Part shown: positions 21,637 to 32,882 of the stretch, one piece after another
Layout of the letters: every line of letters begins with the position of its first letter
Position numbering within the stretch: the first letter of the stretch is position 1
Assembly: GCA_913041775.1 (NCBI GenBank)
Contig: CAJWJW010000002.1
Span: 1 to 34,637, forward strand
Direction of reading: 5' to 3'
Length of the DNA: 34,637 nucleotides
From: an uncultured Flavobacteriales bacterium
Lineage (GTDB): Bacteria > Bacteroidota > Bacteroidia > Flavobacteriales > UBA7430
The notes under the pieces: model-generated
What the model saw: the letters and a program-made list of their open reading frames with translations, nothing else
Told to the model about the DNA's origin: nothing
Databases searched by the model: none
Made by a program: the position numbers and the translations under genes

Positions 21637-23100
21637 TTATAATCCTTGATATAAAATAGCTGTAACCGGTAAATGTAAAACATCTAAAATAACAGGTGGG
21701 TAAATACCAAATCAGAAAGTACAGAAAATCAACGGTAAGAAAATATAAGTTTCTCGACGGTTTAAATCCATACACATTTCAATAGAATAAGCTTTAGCTT
21801 CACCAAAAATAACTCGATTTAATAATCATAAACTGTAAGCACAACCAAGAATAACTCCAGTCATAGCAAAAACACATACAGTTGTATTACTTTGAAAAGC
21901 TCCTAGTAAAACCATAAATTCTCCTGGAAAACTACTTGTCCCAGGTAAACTGATATTTGCCATAATAAAGAAAAAGAAAATAGTCGAATATACAGGCATT
22001 AAATAAACAATACCTCCGTAATAACCAATTTCTCGTGTGTGATGTCGATCATATAGTAAACCAATACATAAAAATAATGCACCACTTACGATACCATGAC
22101 TAATCATTAATAAAATACTTCCTTCAATACCTTGAAGATTTAAAGTAAATAGTCCTAAAGTAACAAACCCCATATGGTTTACACTTGAATAAGCAATAAC
22201 TCGCTTTAAATCTGTTTGCTGTAATGTTGTTAGACTAGTGTAAATAATAGCAATAATACTCATTAGATAAACTAAAGGTGTAAAATATGCGTTTGCCTCT
22301 GGAAAAAAAGGAAGGCTTACACGTAGAAAACCGTAACCTCCTAATTTAAGAAGAATACCAGCTAAAATTACTGAACCTGCTGTTGGAGCCTCTACGTGAG
22401 CTTTTGGTAACCATAAATGTGCCGGTACCATTGGAATTTTAACGGCGAAAGACGCAAAAAAAGCCAATCAAAGCAAAATTTGTCGTCGTTCACTAAATTC
22501 AAAAGTATTTAGTACTAGTAAATCTGTTGTTCCTGTTTGAGAATAAATTCCTAAAATAGCAACTAACATGAAAACTGACCCTAATAAAGTATAGATAAAT
22601 AACTGGTAGGCAGCCAAAATTTTATTTTCACTTGACCCTCATACACCAATAAGAATAAACATTGGAATTAATACACTCTCAAAGAAAATGTAAAACAATA
22701 CTAAATCTAAAACTGAGAAAACACACATTAAAAACCCTTCTAATAATAAAAATAGCATCATAAATTCTTTCTGCTGAGTTTTAATACTGTCAAAGCTTAC
22801 TAAAAGACAGGCTGGAATAAGGAAAGCTGATAAAACAATGAAAAAAAGACTGATACCATCAATACCTAAAGAAAAATGAATATTTCAACTTGAAGCTCAT
22901 TCAATTTCAGTAATAAATTGAAATTGTGACGGCCCTAAGTCGTTAGTAAATAAAATTCATAGAAAAATCGAACATAGAAATGTTAAAAGAGAGAATCCAA
23001 GAGCTACATCACGTGCTACACGTACGTCCCGGATGAAAAAAAGACTTACTGCACCCACAAAAGGAAGTACAATACATGTTAATAATAAATAAGATCCCAT
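21637..23100 (-). CDS. nad4: NADH dehydrogenase subunit 4
   Basis: ATG 23098-23100 ([18 protein letters not shown]...) is in frame with track ORF 21826..22467 (...[40 protein letters not shown]...). The frame continues through TGA codons to TAA at 21637-21639. Confidence 0.94.
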
Positions 23101-23162
23101 TTATTTTAATATATAGTTTTAAGCAACAGAATTTTATTAATACTATAAGTAAGAATATAACG

Positions 23163-23477
23163 TTATTTTTTTTCTTTTCTTTCTTTGTGTACCGTAAGTT
23201 TACGAGTACTAACAAATTCTCCAAAACGGTGACCAATCATATCTTCTACAACTGTAATTGGAATAAACTTCATACCATTGTGTACTTGAAAATTAAGCCC
23301 AACGAATTCCGGAAGAATTGTTGAACGACGTGACCAGATATGCCGTTTTCAAACTTTCATAACTTTATTATCTGTTGAATTGTTTTCATTTAAAGAGTTT
23401 TTGATTTCTGTATTTACTTGAGTTGCTAGACGGATTAAAGATCCATCTAAAAAAGGTCCTTTTTTTAAAGATCGCAT
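23163..23477 (-). CDS. rps19: Ribosomal protein S19
   Basis: ATG 23475-23477 to TAA 23163-23165. [15 protein letters not shown]...[52 protein letters not shown] matches the S19 signature (KGPF, TWSR.S.I.P, V.NG, MVGHK.GEF..TR). Not in the track because of an internal TGA. Confidence 0.9.
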
Positions 23478-23524
23478 TATAAATTATTTTTATGTTATCA
23501 AACTTTTGATTTCACTGCATAAAA

Positions 23525-23608
23525 AGGAAAGGTGGCTGAGTGGTTTAAAGCGACGCTTTGCTAAGGCGTTATATGATAAATATCGTGGGTTCAAATCCCA
23601 TTCTTTCC
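23525..23608 (+). tRNA. trnS(gcu): tRNA-Ser (GCU), long variable arm
   Basis: GGAAAGG-TG-GCTG..., anticodon arm ACGCT-TTGCTAA-GGCGT, long variable arm, T arm GTGGG-TTCAAAT-CCCAT, acceptor 3' TCTTTCC; 84 nt. Confidence 0.88.
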
Positions 23609-23669
23609 TCTGTTAAAAAATAGCATCTCCCAGCCCTTTTAAAAGCCTTCTTTCGCTTAAAGACGCACA

Positions 23670-25365
<1,696 letters not shown>

Positions 25366-25405
25366 GTTTTAATTGTTTTATGCTAAAGATATATAATTAT
25401 TTTTT

Positions 25406-25477
25406 TATCCCCTAGGAGAATTGAACCCCTGTTTTTACCGTGAAAGGGTAATATCCTAACCACTAGATGAAGGGGAC
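25406..25477 (-). tRNA. trnE(uuc): tRNA-Glu (UUC)
   Basis: Minus strand: GTCCCCT-TC-ATCT..GGAT-A-TTACC-CTTTCAC-GGTAA-AAAC-AGGGG-TTCAATT-CTCCT-AGGGGAT. Confidence 0.9.
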
Positions 25478-25845
25478 TAATTTTTGATACGTTTAGTACC
25501 ATATTTTGAACGACTTGTTTTTCGAGCTTGAATACCTGTAAAATCGAATTTACCTCTTACAGCTTTATATTTAACTCCAGGAAGATCTTTAACTCGACCA
25601 CCACGAACAAGAACAATTGAGTGCTTTTGTAGACGATGTCCTTCACCTGGAATATAACAACTGACAGTATTATTATTTGTTAGTTGTACTCGAGCCACTT
25701 TACGGTTAGCTGAATTGGGTTTCTTTGGAGAAGTTGTGAAAACCTTAACACAAATACCCTTTTTTTGAGGACAACTTATTAATAGAGGAGCTTTTGCTTT
25801 CTTTGCTCGTTTCCCTACACGAGGTGTTTTAAAATTTGTATTCAT
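25477..25845 (-). CDS. rps12: Ribosomal protein S12
   Basis: 122-aa track ORF ...[69 protein letters not shown]...; unmistakable S12. The TAG stop at 25477-25479 overlaps trnE by 1 nt. Confidence 0.97.
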   Translation of the reverse strand: MNTNFKTPRVGKRAKKAKAPLLISCPQKKGICVKVFTTSPKKPNSANRKVARVQLTNNNTVSCYIPGEGHRLQKHSIVLVRGGRVKDLPGVKYKAVRGKFDFTGIQARKTSRSKYGTKRIKN

Positions 25846-25888
25846 ATTATTCTTTTAAGGTCTCGTTAAAAAAAATAAATTTAGATTA

Positions 25889-25960
25889 TGTTCTAAGATG
25901 GATTTGAACCAACGACACAAAGATTTTCAGTCTTTTGCTCTACCCCTGAGCTATTAGAAC
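25889..25960 (-). tRNA. trnF(gaa): tRNA-Phe (GAA)
   Basis: Minus strand: GTTCTAA-TA-GCTC..GAGC-A-AAAGA-CTGAAAA-TCTTT-GTGTC-GTTGG-TTCAAAT-CCATC-TTAGAAC-A. Confidence 0.9.
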
Positions 25961-25964
25961 TAGA

Positions 25965-27635
25965 TTAATTATGAGAAAATAAGAAAGTCTTTAATTGAGA
26001 AGAATCTAATTGAGGGAATTTAAGTTTAGACAAGTCTGTACTTTTTCGATAAATATGGAATAGTCCTTCTGGATTATATTCAATATGTAATGAAGCTTTA
26101 TTTTGGTACGTAGGAGATCCGATAAATTCAAAAGAAGAGCTTGAAGACTTTTCTTTTAAATTAAAATCCACTAAGTCTACTAATTTTTCACCAAGATCTT
26201 CAGAAACTTGAAGCGAACCAATGTCAGAATATAAAGAATAAACAGCCTTTTTCTCTAAAGAACTTGATTGTGAAGTCTCATTTCAACGTTTATTAAGGGA
26301 ACTCAAAATTGAAGACTTCTGAAATACAAATCAAGGGAAATTATATGAGAAAGTTTTACCTATTTGATTAGTTTTATTTTCTGTAATTGATTGATCTAAA
26401 ATATTTCAATAGTTTTCTAAAATTGAAATAGCTGAAGGTTTTAACATTATAATATCTCCAGACTGTAATTCATAATTTGAAATTTGTTTTTCAGGAATTT
26501 TTCGACCTTCTAATAATGAAGAACAGTAATTTTTATAAGATCAAACAACAATATGATTATGTTGAACGAGTTGACGCGCTGCGATAATTGTCGGCGCTCA
26601 ACGCATACGAAACAGTTGAACATCGAGACGAGATTCCATTTTTGCTATAACTGAACTACTAATACCTTTTTTTGACCGTAAACTACGGTTTGTCTTGAAA
26701 GGGTGAATTAATCTGTTAAAAGAAGATTTTGAGAGTAACCCATAAAATCACCGTAACTTTTTTTCTGTTTCTAAACGGTTTTTATAAATACCTTTAATAT
26801 CTTCACTCAAAACCTGTTCAATTAAAACCGTGTTTTTATAATGGTTTACAAATTTTTCTTGAGATACTAAATTATTAAATTCAGTCTTTAAAGAATTTTT
26901 TGCCACCCCAAGAACGGGCATTATTGACTTAGAATTTAATTTGGAAACATTTTCTCCTGAATACTTTGTGTTATAAAACTCTTGAAATGACGAAAAAGCA
27001 TTAAAAGCAGTTATTTTGTTCTCAACACTCTTTTTTTTCGAACCAGGACCTCCAAAATTATAATTAAGATCGTTTTCAACCTCTGAAAAATTATTTCGCG
27101 TAAGACTATCGTAAGGACGATTTTGAATAGAACTTCAATCTTCTATATTTCGAAAGTCAGTGCTAAAATCTCGAGGCACCTTGAAAGATTTTGAATTCAC
27201 ACTTTCTGGCAAAGAGTTTAAATCAAACATACCAAGAGAAGAACTTCATGAATAATTGTTTCTTTCTACTAAAGAAAGCGACGAATCTTCAGATGAACCT
27301 AACTTATATTGTGAAATCGAAGAATTCTCTTCCTTTTTTGTGCCTGTGTTGTTTAATTGAAACATACTTAAGAAAGTTTCCTTTTCACTAGAAATAAAAG
27401 AAGCTTGTTTTAATAATGATGTTAAATTTTGTTTTGTAGAAGAATTTTCTTCTTTTTCCGAACATATTGTTGAATTTGTAGTATTAATTTCTTCTGAAAG
27501 AACAAATCCCTTTGTTTTAGATGTTTCATTAGTAGTCGATTGTAAATTTGTTGTTAAACCATATTTATCATAAAGAGAATACTGCTCTTTAATTTCTTTA
27601 CTAATTTTATATAAAAGATACATATTTTTATTCAT
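25965..27635 (-). CDS. rps4: Ribosomal protein S4 (556 codons, greatly expanded)
   Basis: Track ORFs 27246..27635 and 25965..26171 are in the same frame. I translated the whole interval and it is open with TGA=Trp. The centre reads ...KKLRWFYGLLSKSSFNRLI...[34 protein letters not shown]..., the S4 signature (LE.RLD...R...a.T...ARQLV.H.HI.VN). TAA at 25965-25967. Confidence 0.85.
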
Positions 27636-27694
27636 TTTTAGACTCTCTATGACAGACGATTTTTCCTTCTTTTAAATTATAACATAAAATCAAG

Positions 27695-28213
27695 ATGGGG
27701 TTTTTAAAAAAACAAAAGAAAACACACTCATATTCAGAATCTGTATTTAATAATATAACTTCAATTACTAATTCAGATACTCGTATTAGAAATCTAAAGA
27801 ATAAAAAAAACATTATTGTACAAGAAATTTCAGAAAAACAATTTCTCGTTAATCTTCAGTTAATTGGAATCGGTTATCGAGCTTTCGTCGTAAAACCAAA
27901 AAAAATTACTGAAAATAGCTTTGAAAAATTTCTAGTTTTAAAAGTAGGTCAATCAGGTACTACTATGTATCCTATACCAAATGACGTTGATATTCAATGT
28001 CCTGTTGATGCAAAGGCTGATAAAGAACCTATTACACTAACAAGTAATAATTTACAATCATTACAAATGGCTACCGCACAAATCAAATCCTATAGACGCC
28101 CTGACCCTTACAAAGGCTCGGGTATACTTAAATGTGATCGAATACAAACAAAAACTGGTGAGATTTTTAAAACAGAATTTATAATCCGTAAAGAAATCAA
28201 GAAGAAAAAGTAG
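27695..28213 (+). CDS. rpl6: Ribosomal protein L6
   Basis: 172-aa ORF. ...LQLIGIGYRAFVV...LVLKVGQSGTTMYPIPNDVDIQCP...ITLTSNNLQSLQMATAQIKSYRRPDPYKGSGILKCDR fits the L6 pattern (G.GYR, lG.SH, r..r.PePYKGKGI). The N-terminal domain is poorly conserved. Confidence 0.8.
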   Translation: MGFLKKQKKTHSYSESVFNNITSITNSDTRIRNLKNKKNIIVQEISEKQFLVNLQLIGIGYRAFVVKPKKITENSFEKFLVLKVGQSGTTMYPIPNDVDIQCPVDAKADKEPITLTSNNLQSLQMATAQIKSYRRPDPYKGSGILKCDRIQTKTGEIFKTEFIIRKEIKKKK

Positions 28214-28261
28214 GTTAAGCTTTACATTACTTCTTTGACTCTAACTATAAAATATTATTAA

Positions 28262-28627
28262 ATGACTATTATCTATTCGGAATACTTTGCTATTTTAATT
28301 TTTATTTTAGTGTCTGTTATTTTATCTACGGTTGTATTTGGTTTATCATACATCATTACTCCGCGGAATAATGACCCTGAAAAACTCTCTGCATATGAAT
28401 GTGGTTTCAACCCTTTTGATGATGCACGAAACAAATTTGATGTACGATTCTATATCGTAGCCATCCTTTTTATTGTTTTCGATTTAGAAGTGACATTTTT
28501 ATGTCCTTGATCTTTAGTTTTACGTAAGATTGATGCTTTTGGATTCTGAGGAATGATGTGTTTCTTAATTATTCTAACGGTGGGTTTTATCTTCGAATGA
28601 CGAAAGGGAGCTTTAGACTGGTCTTAA
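28262..28627 (+). CDS. nad3: NADH dehydrogenase subunit 3
   Basis: ATG 28262 to TAA 28625-28627. ...[44 protein letters not shown]...[10 protein letters not shown]. Confidence 0.95.
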
Positions 28628-28681
28628 AAAACAGGTTACAAAATATAGATTTAACTTTTATATCAAATGCGATAAAATATA

Positions 28682-29023
28682 ATGAACCAAAATAAAAAAC
28701 AAATTTGAAACAAAACATCATATAAAATTGACAAAAAACAAAATTTATGGAATAAAGATTCTTTTATTCGAAAAGATTTAGATAAATCAAATTCCAATTA
28801 TCTAATGAAAGAAGTTTATTCGAATGGTCTTTCAACGCATTTATTTGATCGAAATACGGGTATCTACGCTTACCAGAAAAAGGGTATTGAAACAAAGAAT
28901 ACAAGTTTTAATTCTTTAAAATCTTCAAATGAACGAAATGTAGTAAATATACAAAAATTATCTAAAAATTGAAAAACAAGTCTTAAAAAATTAAAGTTTT
29001 TAATCGAGAAAAAGGGAGAATAG
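28682..29023 (+). CDS. Hypothetical basic protein, 113 aa (orf113)
   Basis: ATG 28682 to TAG 29021-29023, checked codon by codon: 113 sense codons with 2 TGA and no TAA or TAG, in a very AT-rich context. Lys/Asn/Ser-rich (MNQNKKQIWNKTSYKIDKKQNLWNKDSFIRKDL...). I recognised no family. The last 10 nt overlap trnW. Confidence 0.4.
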
Positions 29024-29086
29024 CTCAATTGGTAGAGTAATGGTCTTCAAAACCATCGGTTGCGGGTTCAAGCCCTGCTTCTCCTG
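29014..29086 (+). tRNA. trnW(uca): tRNA-Trp (UCA), able to read both UGA and UGG
   Basis: GGGAGAA-TA-GCTC..GAGT-A-ATGGT-CTTCAAA-ACCAT-CGGTT-GCGGG-TTCAAGC-CCTGC-TTCTCCT-G; anticodon TCA. Confidence 0.9.
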
Positions 29087-29099
29087 TATGCATTATCGA

Positions 29100-29530
29100 A
29101 TGATATTGTATGTTTTTTATAAGAGACTCTATAAATTATTATTGCATACCTTCCTATAAAAGAGTAGGTAGTATTACCTACTTTCTTATAAGAGGTTATT
29201 ATCACTATTACATACTTTCTTATAAACTGCTCTCCTCCTATATATACCTTACCAGTGGTCCCTCGTTTTTTCTTTGTTTTGTTAGTTAGTAATACTATTG
29301 CACAGTAATACTCAGGTATTCTATATCTCTTTACAGAGATCTAGAATACACTTCGTATTACAGTAACGTCATTGCACAGTAATGCTCAGGTATTCTATAC
29401 CTCTATACAGAGGTATAGAATACACTTCGCATTGTAAATCAACGTATTTTGATTATTAATTACTTACAAATAAAAATATAAATAGTATTTTGATTCTTGA
29501 TTACTTAAAAGTAGGAATATTATTTATATT
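29100..29530. repeat. Composite tandem-repeat and hairpin region upstream of nad1
   Basis: (a) Three ~32-35-bp units TATT(G/A)C(A/C)TAC(C/T)TT(C/T)C(C/T)TATAA... starting at 29140, 29172 and 29207. (b) Two 74-bp units starting at 29297 and 29371, each holding a 15-bp-stem palindrome: GTATTCTATACCTCT-ATAC-AGAGGTATAGAATAC at 29390-29423 (perfect), and its copy at 29316-29349 with one mismatch. Both are flanked by GTAATAC/GTATTAC. (c) Two ~40-bp units GTATTTTGATT(A/C)TT(A/G)ATTACTTA(C/A)AA at about 29444 and 29485. Confidence 0.85.
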
Positions 29531-29814
29531 TTATGCTTCGAATCTTTTGTCAATTAGAAATGTATTTTTTCATAATAAATTAAATTAGTCGCATAAAAAT
29601 GACAATTAGTTTTTCTCTCTTACAAATAACACTCATTTTTATGATATTTGGTGTTTTAGCTATTCTAGGATCTTTTCTTTTAATCCCATCTCAACGAGCA
29701 CGTCTTGTTTCGTCAGCTGAAGGTACTTTATCTCAAAAAGATTTAGGATATTTTAGTAACGCTTTATGAACGTTATCGGAAATTACTAAACGGTTTATTT
29801 TACCATTAGTTTTC

Positions 29815-30858
29815 ATGGGCGGATTTGGATTAATTTTCTTAGCTCTATTTTTTACTTTTAAGGTGGATGTAAATGTTTTATTCGTTTTACTTTCAGTTAT
29901 CAAAATTCTTTTAGTAGTTGTTCCGTTACTTATTGCCGTTGCTTACTTGACGCTTTTAGAACGTAAGGTTATGGCTTCTATGCAACGTCGAAAAGGACCT
30001 AATGTAGTGGGTATTTTTGGTCTTCTACAACCTTTAGCCGATGGTGCGAAGCTTCTTTTAAAAGAAACAGTTGTTCCTAATAGTGTTAACAAAGCGGTCT
30101 TTTTCATTGCTCCAATTTTAACTTTCTTTTTGGCTGTGATGAGTTGAGCTGTAATTCCTTTTGGCGAAGGTATTGTGTACGCGGATATTAATATTGGTGT
30201 TTTATATTTATTTGCCGTAAGTTCTTTAGGAGTATATGGAGTTATTTGTTCAGGTTGATCAAGTAATACAAAGTATTCTTTCTTAGGAGCTTTACGATCT
30301 TCAGCGCAAATGATTTCTTATGAAATCGCGATTGGATTTTTACTATTAATGATTTTCTTATTAGCGGGTAGTTTAAATATGACAGAAATTGTTCTTGCTC
30401 AGCAAGGTATCTGATTTTGTATTCCTCTTTTACCTTCTACTATGATTTGACTCATCTGTATTTTGGCAGAAACAAATCGTGCTCCTTTTGACCTTCCTGA
30501 GGCTGAGGCTGAATTAGTAGCGGGTTATTTCACTGAATATTCAGCTATGGGGTTTGCTTTATTCTTCTTAGGAGAGTATTCAAACATGATTATGATGAGT
30601 GCTCTAACAAGTTTATGTTTCTTTGGTGGGTGATTATCTTTAATTCCTTTTGGATTTGCAATCATTCCAGGTCCTTTTTGAATGGGTATTAAAATTACTG
30701 CTATTTTATTCGGGTTTATTTGAGTTCGAGCAGCTTTTCCTCGATACCGATTTGATCAGTTAATGTATTTAGGTTGAAAATCTTTTCTTCCATTTACACT
30801 AGGGTGATTTATCTTCGTTGCAGGTCTTTTATTCGGGTGTGATTGATTACCGTATTAA
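29815..30858 (+). CDS. nad1: NADH dehydrogenase subunit 1
   Basis: ATG 29815 to TAA 30856-30858 with many TGA=Trp. ...[41 protein letters not shown]..., ...[26 protein letters not shown]... The same frame is also open upstream to an ATG at 29599, so the start is uncertain. Confidence 0.93.
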
Positions 30859-30871
30859 TTCTACACGTTTA

Positions 30872-30892
30872 TTTAGAGAAATATTCTCTAAA
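30872..30892 (+). other. Perfect 9-bp hairpin immediately 3' of nad1
   Basis: TTTAGAGAA-ATA-TTCTCTAAA, 14 nt after the nad1 stop. A possible transcript end or processing signal (inference). Confidence 0.35.
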
Positions 30893-30963
30893 TCTTATAG
30901 CCGTGGGCTTTTAATGAAACAGTGTTTTTTATAAATGTTTAAAGGATCAAATGCACAAAATTG

Positions 30964-31431
30964 ATGAACTCAACAAATGCTAATATATTAAAACCGGTTA
31001 TTTCCCTAAAACACATGCGTCGAAATAACGATCCTTTAGGAGATGCTATTACGCGAATTAGAAATGGTTATACACGTAGTTTTGATTCCGTAATTGTTCC
31101 AAAATCTAATAAAATTCTTCATCTATTAAATACTTTAATTCGTTCTGGTTATATATTACATTACGAAAGTTTTTTAGAGGGAGCAGCTTCTGTTAAAGTT
31201 TATTTAAAATATCATAATTCTTTGCCAGCTATACAAAATATTCAAAGAGTATCCGTTCCTTCAAAACGAGTATATCTTTCAAAAAAAAAATTAAAACAAC
31301 ACTCCAAAACACAAGGTTGAGGCTTAACTAAGACAATGGTTCTTTCAACATCAAGTGGAGTTTTAACACATCAAGAAATCTTGAAATCTTCTAACAGCAT
31401 GGGTGGAGAGTCTATTTGTTTAGTTTGATAG
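30964..31431 (+). CDS. rps8: Ribosomal protein S8
   Basis: ATG 30964 (the track started at TTG 30961). ...DPLGDAITRIRNGYTRSFDSVIVPKSNKILHLLNTLIRSGYI...RVSVPSKRVY...VLSTSSGVLTHQEILKSSNSMGGESICLVW. Two TGA=Trp, then TAG at 29-31 of line 31401 (31429-31431). Confidence 0.9.
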
Positions 31432-31468
31432 ATTCAAGGTGATCATAAAGCGTAAAATAGTAATTATA

Positions 31469-31541
31469 CGGGATGTAACACAATTGGTAGTGTATTTGCT
31501 TTGGGAGCAAAAGGTTGCATGTTCAAGTCATGCCATTCCGA
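31469..31541 (+). tRNA. trnP(ugg): tRNA-Pro (UGG)
   Basis: CGGGATG-TA-ACAC..GTGT-A-TTTGC-TTTGGGA-GCAAA-AGGTT-GCATG-TTCAAGT-CATGC-CATTCCG-A. Confidence 0.9.
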
Positions 31542-31580
31542 ATAAAAATTTTTGAATTATTTTAGATTAACATAAAAATA

Positions 31581-31958
31581 ATGATCCAAGTTCAAACAAT
31601 ATTAAAAGTAGCTGATAATTCAGGAGGCCGTATTGGTCAATGTATTCGTATCATTGGAAAATCCCGAGCTAAAACAGCCCAAGTAGGTGATATCATTACT
31701 GTTTCCATTAAAAAAAGCCGGCCTCATCGAAAAATTAAAAAAAAAGATGTTTGTCTTGCTGTAGTTTTACGAACAAAATTTGGTATACGCCAAAAAAATG
31801 GTATGAAAATTTCATTTGGTGAAAACGCTTGTGCTCTGCTAACAAATCGAAAAGATAAAGCACCTATGGGAACACGTATTTTTGGACCGATCTCAACACG
31901 TGAGTTACGAGATAATGGTTTCATGAAATGTGTCCTTTTAGCACGATCTTCTATCTAA
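31581..31958 (+). CDS. rpl14: Ribosomal protein L14
   Basis: 125-aa ORF MIQVQTILKVADNSGGRIGQCIRIIG...VGDIITVSIKK...AVVLRTK...FGENACALL...PMGTRIFGPISTRELR; canonical L14. Confidence 0.95.
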   Translation: MIQVQTILKVADNSGGRIGQCIRIIGKSRAKTAQVGDIITVSIKKSRPHRKIKKKDVCLAVVLRTKFGIRQKNGMKISFGENACALLTNRKDKAPMGTRIFGPISTRELRDNGFMKCVLLARSSI

Positions 31959-32382
31959 TAATAAGTTTATTTTTTTCAACGAGTGTTGTAGAAACTCCAA
32001 GTTGAAACGAGATTAATCGAAAAGCTTTACGGATAATAGAAATATTAACACCAGTTCCTACTTCAACAATAATTTGTCCTTTTCGTACAGGGCATACTCA
32101 ACCAGTACGTTCACCTTTACCTTTACCCATTCGTTGCCCAGCATCTTTGGCAAACATCGGTCGGTAGGGGAAAGATCTAATTCAGATACTTGTTTTACGG
32201 GCTATAATTCGTCGTAAATTTCGTCGACAGATCTCCAATTGTTCCGCTGATATGCATTTTGTTTCGTTAACTTGTAAACCATAAACTCCAAAATTTATTT
32301 GTGTACCTCGTGAGGCTGGAGTAGAGCTCAAAGGCATTTGTTGTCGTTTCCGATACTTTGTATTTTTTGGGGATTTTAACAT
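31951..32382 (-). CDS. rpl16: Ribosomal protein L16
   Basis: ATG 32380-32382 (MLKSPKNTKYRKRQQ...; the track ORF began at an upstream TTG). ...GTQINFGVYGLQVNETKCISAEQLEICRRNLRRIIARKTSIWIRSFPYRPMFAKDAGQRMGKGKGERTGWVCPVRKGQIIVEV... TAG at 31951-31953, overlapping the rpl14 3' end by 8 nt on the opposite strand. Confidence 0.92.
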
Positions 32383-32446
32383 ATAAGTTTTTAGGCGGTG
32401 CAAACAGAGCTTAAAATTATTTCCGATGTTATTTCATAAAATATAA

Positions 32447-32878
32447 ATGAAACAATCTTATATAAAACGTATTTCTTATAAATCTCTACGTTACGCAAAT
32501 CCATCTTTAAATATAAAGCAGTTAAAATCGATGTCGAATAAAATAGTAAACCAGCATAAAAGTCGTATTTTACATTCAGATTTAGTTAGTTCTAAATTTG
32601 AATTTGATACTCTTTACTTAAAAAAGTTAAAGCCTTCTTGTAAATTAAAAAAAGTTTCTCGATTAAATCAAGTAGGAACAGGTTCAGAACTTAAAAGTAC
32701 TGGTTACTCAAATATATTTTCGTTGGAAAACACTTTAGATCCATCAACACATGGAGCTTGGCTTGATGAAAGTCTAAATGAGACTCGACAACAATTTAGT
32801 CATATTTTATTATCAACAGAAACAGTTAAGAAAGGTTCTCGACTGGACAAATTTCAACAAAAATTTACTAAAAAGTAA
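32447..32878 (+). CDS. Hypothetical basic protein, 143 aa (orf143)
   Basis: Uninterrupted 143-codon ORF in AT-rich DNA. Lys/Ser-rich (MKQSYIKRISYKSLRYANPSLNIKQLKSMSNKIV...). No TM segments and no family recognised by eye. Lies head-to-head with rpl16 and just 5' of trnH. Confidence 0.45.
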   Translation: MKQSYIKRISYKSLRYANPSLNIKQLKSMSNKIVNQHKSRILHSDLVSSKFEFDTLYLKKLKPSCKLKKVSRLNQVGTGSELKSTGYSNIFSLENTLDPSTHGAWLDESLNETRQQFSHILLSTETVKKGSRLDKFQQKFTKK

Positions 32879-32882
32879 AATA

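Noticed and set aside
23009-23324. Track ORFs 23009..23236 (-) and 23076..23324 (+)
   Set aside because: They overlap the nad4 start, the spacer and rps19 in wrong frames or the wrong strand. The nad4 and rps19 frames explain the region.
27191-27813. Track ORFs 27191..27391 (+) and 27628..27813 (-)
   Set aside because: The first is antisense to rps4. The second is antisense to the rpl6 5' end and out of frame with rps4. Both are AT-rich chance ORFs.
29297-29444. A CRISPR-like array, suggested by the 74-bp direct repeats
   Set aside because: There are only two units with no unique spacers between them. The repeats are themselves long palindromes, and the context is mitochondrial. This is a tandem hairpin repeat, not a CRISPR array.
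29599-29814. A long N-terminal extension of nad1 starting at ATG 29599
   Set aside because: The frame is open, but the conserved nad1 N-terminus begins shortly after the ATG at 29815, which gives a normal-length protein. I kept 29815 as the start and recorded 29599 as an unresolved alternative.
31724-31924. Track ORF 31724..31924 (-)
   Set aside because: It is antisense to the strongly conserved rpl14 ORF.
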